From Eledone cirrhosa (Eukaryota): a stretch of DNA of 49,476 nt. The translations under genes and the position numbers were made by a program. Numbering within the stretch: position 1 is the first letter of the stretch; every line of letters starts with the position of its first letter. A model generated the notes under the pieces. It did not search any database and was not told the DNA's origin. It saw nothing but the letters and a program-made list of their open reading frames with translations. Positions 48,443 through 49,476 of the stretch are shown here, in pieces. Location of the stretch: NCBI GenBank assembly GCA_964016885.1, contig CAXHJY010001757.1:1-49476 (forward strand). Direction: 5' to 3'.

Positions 48443-48582
48443 AAAAAAATAAGACTTCAGTTGCATTTCCGATTTCATCTATTTTTCTTTATACTTCCAC
48501 TCGTGTAGGACACCTCGGTTATTTTTCATTTTGTAAAAAAAAAAAAAAAAAAAAAAAAACCTCATATATATATATAAATATA

Positions 48583-48677
48583 TAGAAAGATTTGAATGGA
48601 TACAGTTTAGTTGAAAGGAATTTATTGACACGTGTTTCTATAACAGTTACATAACCTAAAAGAGCTATCTACAAACT
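48583..48677 (-). mobile_element. Short fragment of the 3' UTR of the 30435-33663 PLE family
   Basis: Matches about 30546-30643 with a small deletion. Confidence 0.88.
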
Positions 48678-48778
48678 ATATAAATATATATATATATAAA
48701 TATATATAAATATATATATATATATATAAATATATATATATAAATAAAAATATATAAATATATTATATATATTTATAT

Positions 48779-48821
48779 ATCATCATCATCATCAAACGTT
48801 GATGATGATGATGATGATGAT
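48779..48821. repeat. Minimal head-to-head pair of RTE-type tails: (CAT)n-caaacgtt-(GAT)n
   Basis: aaacgtt(gat)n is the exact family B terminus. Confidence 0.7.
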
Positions 48822-48940
48822 ATATCAATATATATATATAAATATATATATATAAATATATAAATATATATATATAAATATATAAATATATATATAAATA
48901 TATATATATATATACAAATATATATATATTAGGTATAGGA

Positions 48941-49068
48941 TTATTCTGCTCTGAGGAAACAGTGGTTACAGCATTGGATATTTGAGTTCTGCAAGCACTT
49001 GTGAATTTGCACGTAGCATAACTAGGCTGCAGTACCACCGTGGAAACACTTGTAAGCACACGGAATAA
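48941..49068 (+). ncRNA. Type I hammerhead ribozyme with extended helix II in a ~180-bp island
   Basis: uuauuc ugcu CUGAGGA a ac.guggu...[~65 nt]...accac.gu g GAAA cacuug UA agca...gaauaa; predicted cleavage after 49054. Confidence 0.78.
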
Positions 49069-49108
49069 ATTACCTTTTTATGATGTCTACCTGTTATTAT
49101 TCATTCTT

Positions 49109-49156
<48 letters not shown>

Positions 49157-49235
49157 TATAAATATATATATAAATATATATATATATAAATATATAAATA
49201 TAAATATATATAAATATATATATAAATATATATAA

Positions 49236-49292
<57 letters not shown>

Positions 49293-49309
49293 AATATAAA
49301 TATATATAA

Positions 49310-49368
<59 letters not shown>

Positions 49369-49428
49369 AATATATATATATAAATATATATATATAAATA
49401 TATATATATAAATTTATATATATATATA

Positions 49429-49465
<37 letters not shown>

Positions 49466-49476
49466 AATATATATAT

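Larger units (their letters stand above)
45501..48560 (-). mobile_element. 5'-truncated Penelope-like element (Neptune-like) with an inverted copy of its 3' end at the 5' junction
   Basis: RT + Cys linker + GIY-YIG on minus; long 3' UTR with HHR remnant; 45501-45552 is the inverted counterpart of 48443-48493. Confidence 0.9.

Overview
Eukaryotic, repeat-saturated window with no recognisable host gene. It is most likely cephalopod (Octopus-like); this is an inference from the repeat families. More than half is degenerate (TA)n microsatellite: TACA-type up to about 15.5 kb, TAAA/TTTA-type from about 22.8 kb. Embedded in it are at least three RTE-clade LINE families with (GAT)n tails (A, B, C), including one near full-length copy and a nested same-family insertion. 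There is also a CR1/L2-group LINE, a Tx1/L1-like fragment, two copies of a tRNA-derived SINE whose body and tail are shared with the RTE 3' ends, and two different Penelope-like elements (PLEs). The most notable signal is a set of type I hammerhead ribozyme (HHR) motifs from at least six sequence-unrelated families. One lies in a non-coding 466-nt tandem repeat with a 5' inverted copy (retrozyme-like). Two have a greatly enlarged, multibranched helix II. The long Y/I/M/C-rich ORFs in the ORF track are microsatellite artefacts.
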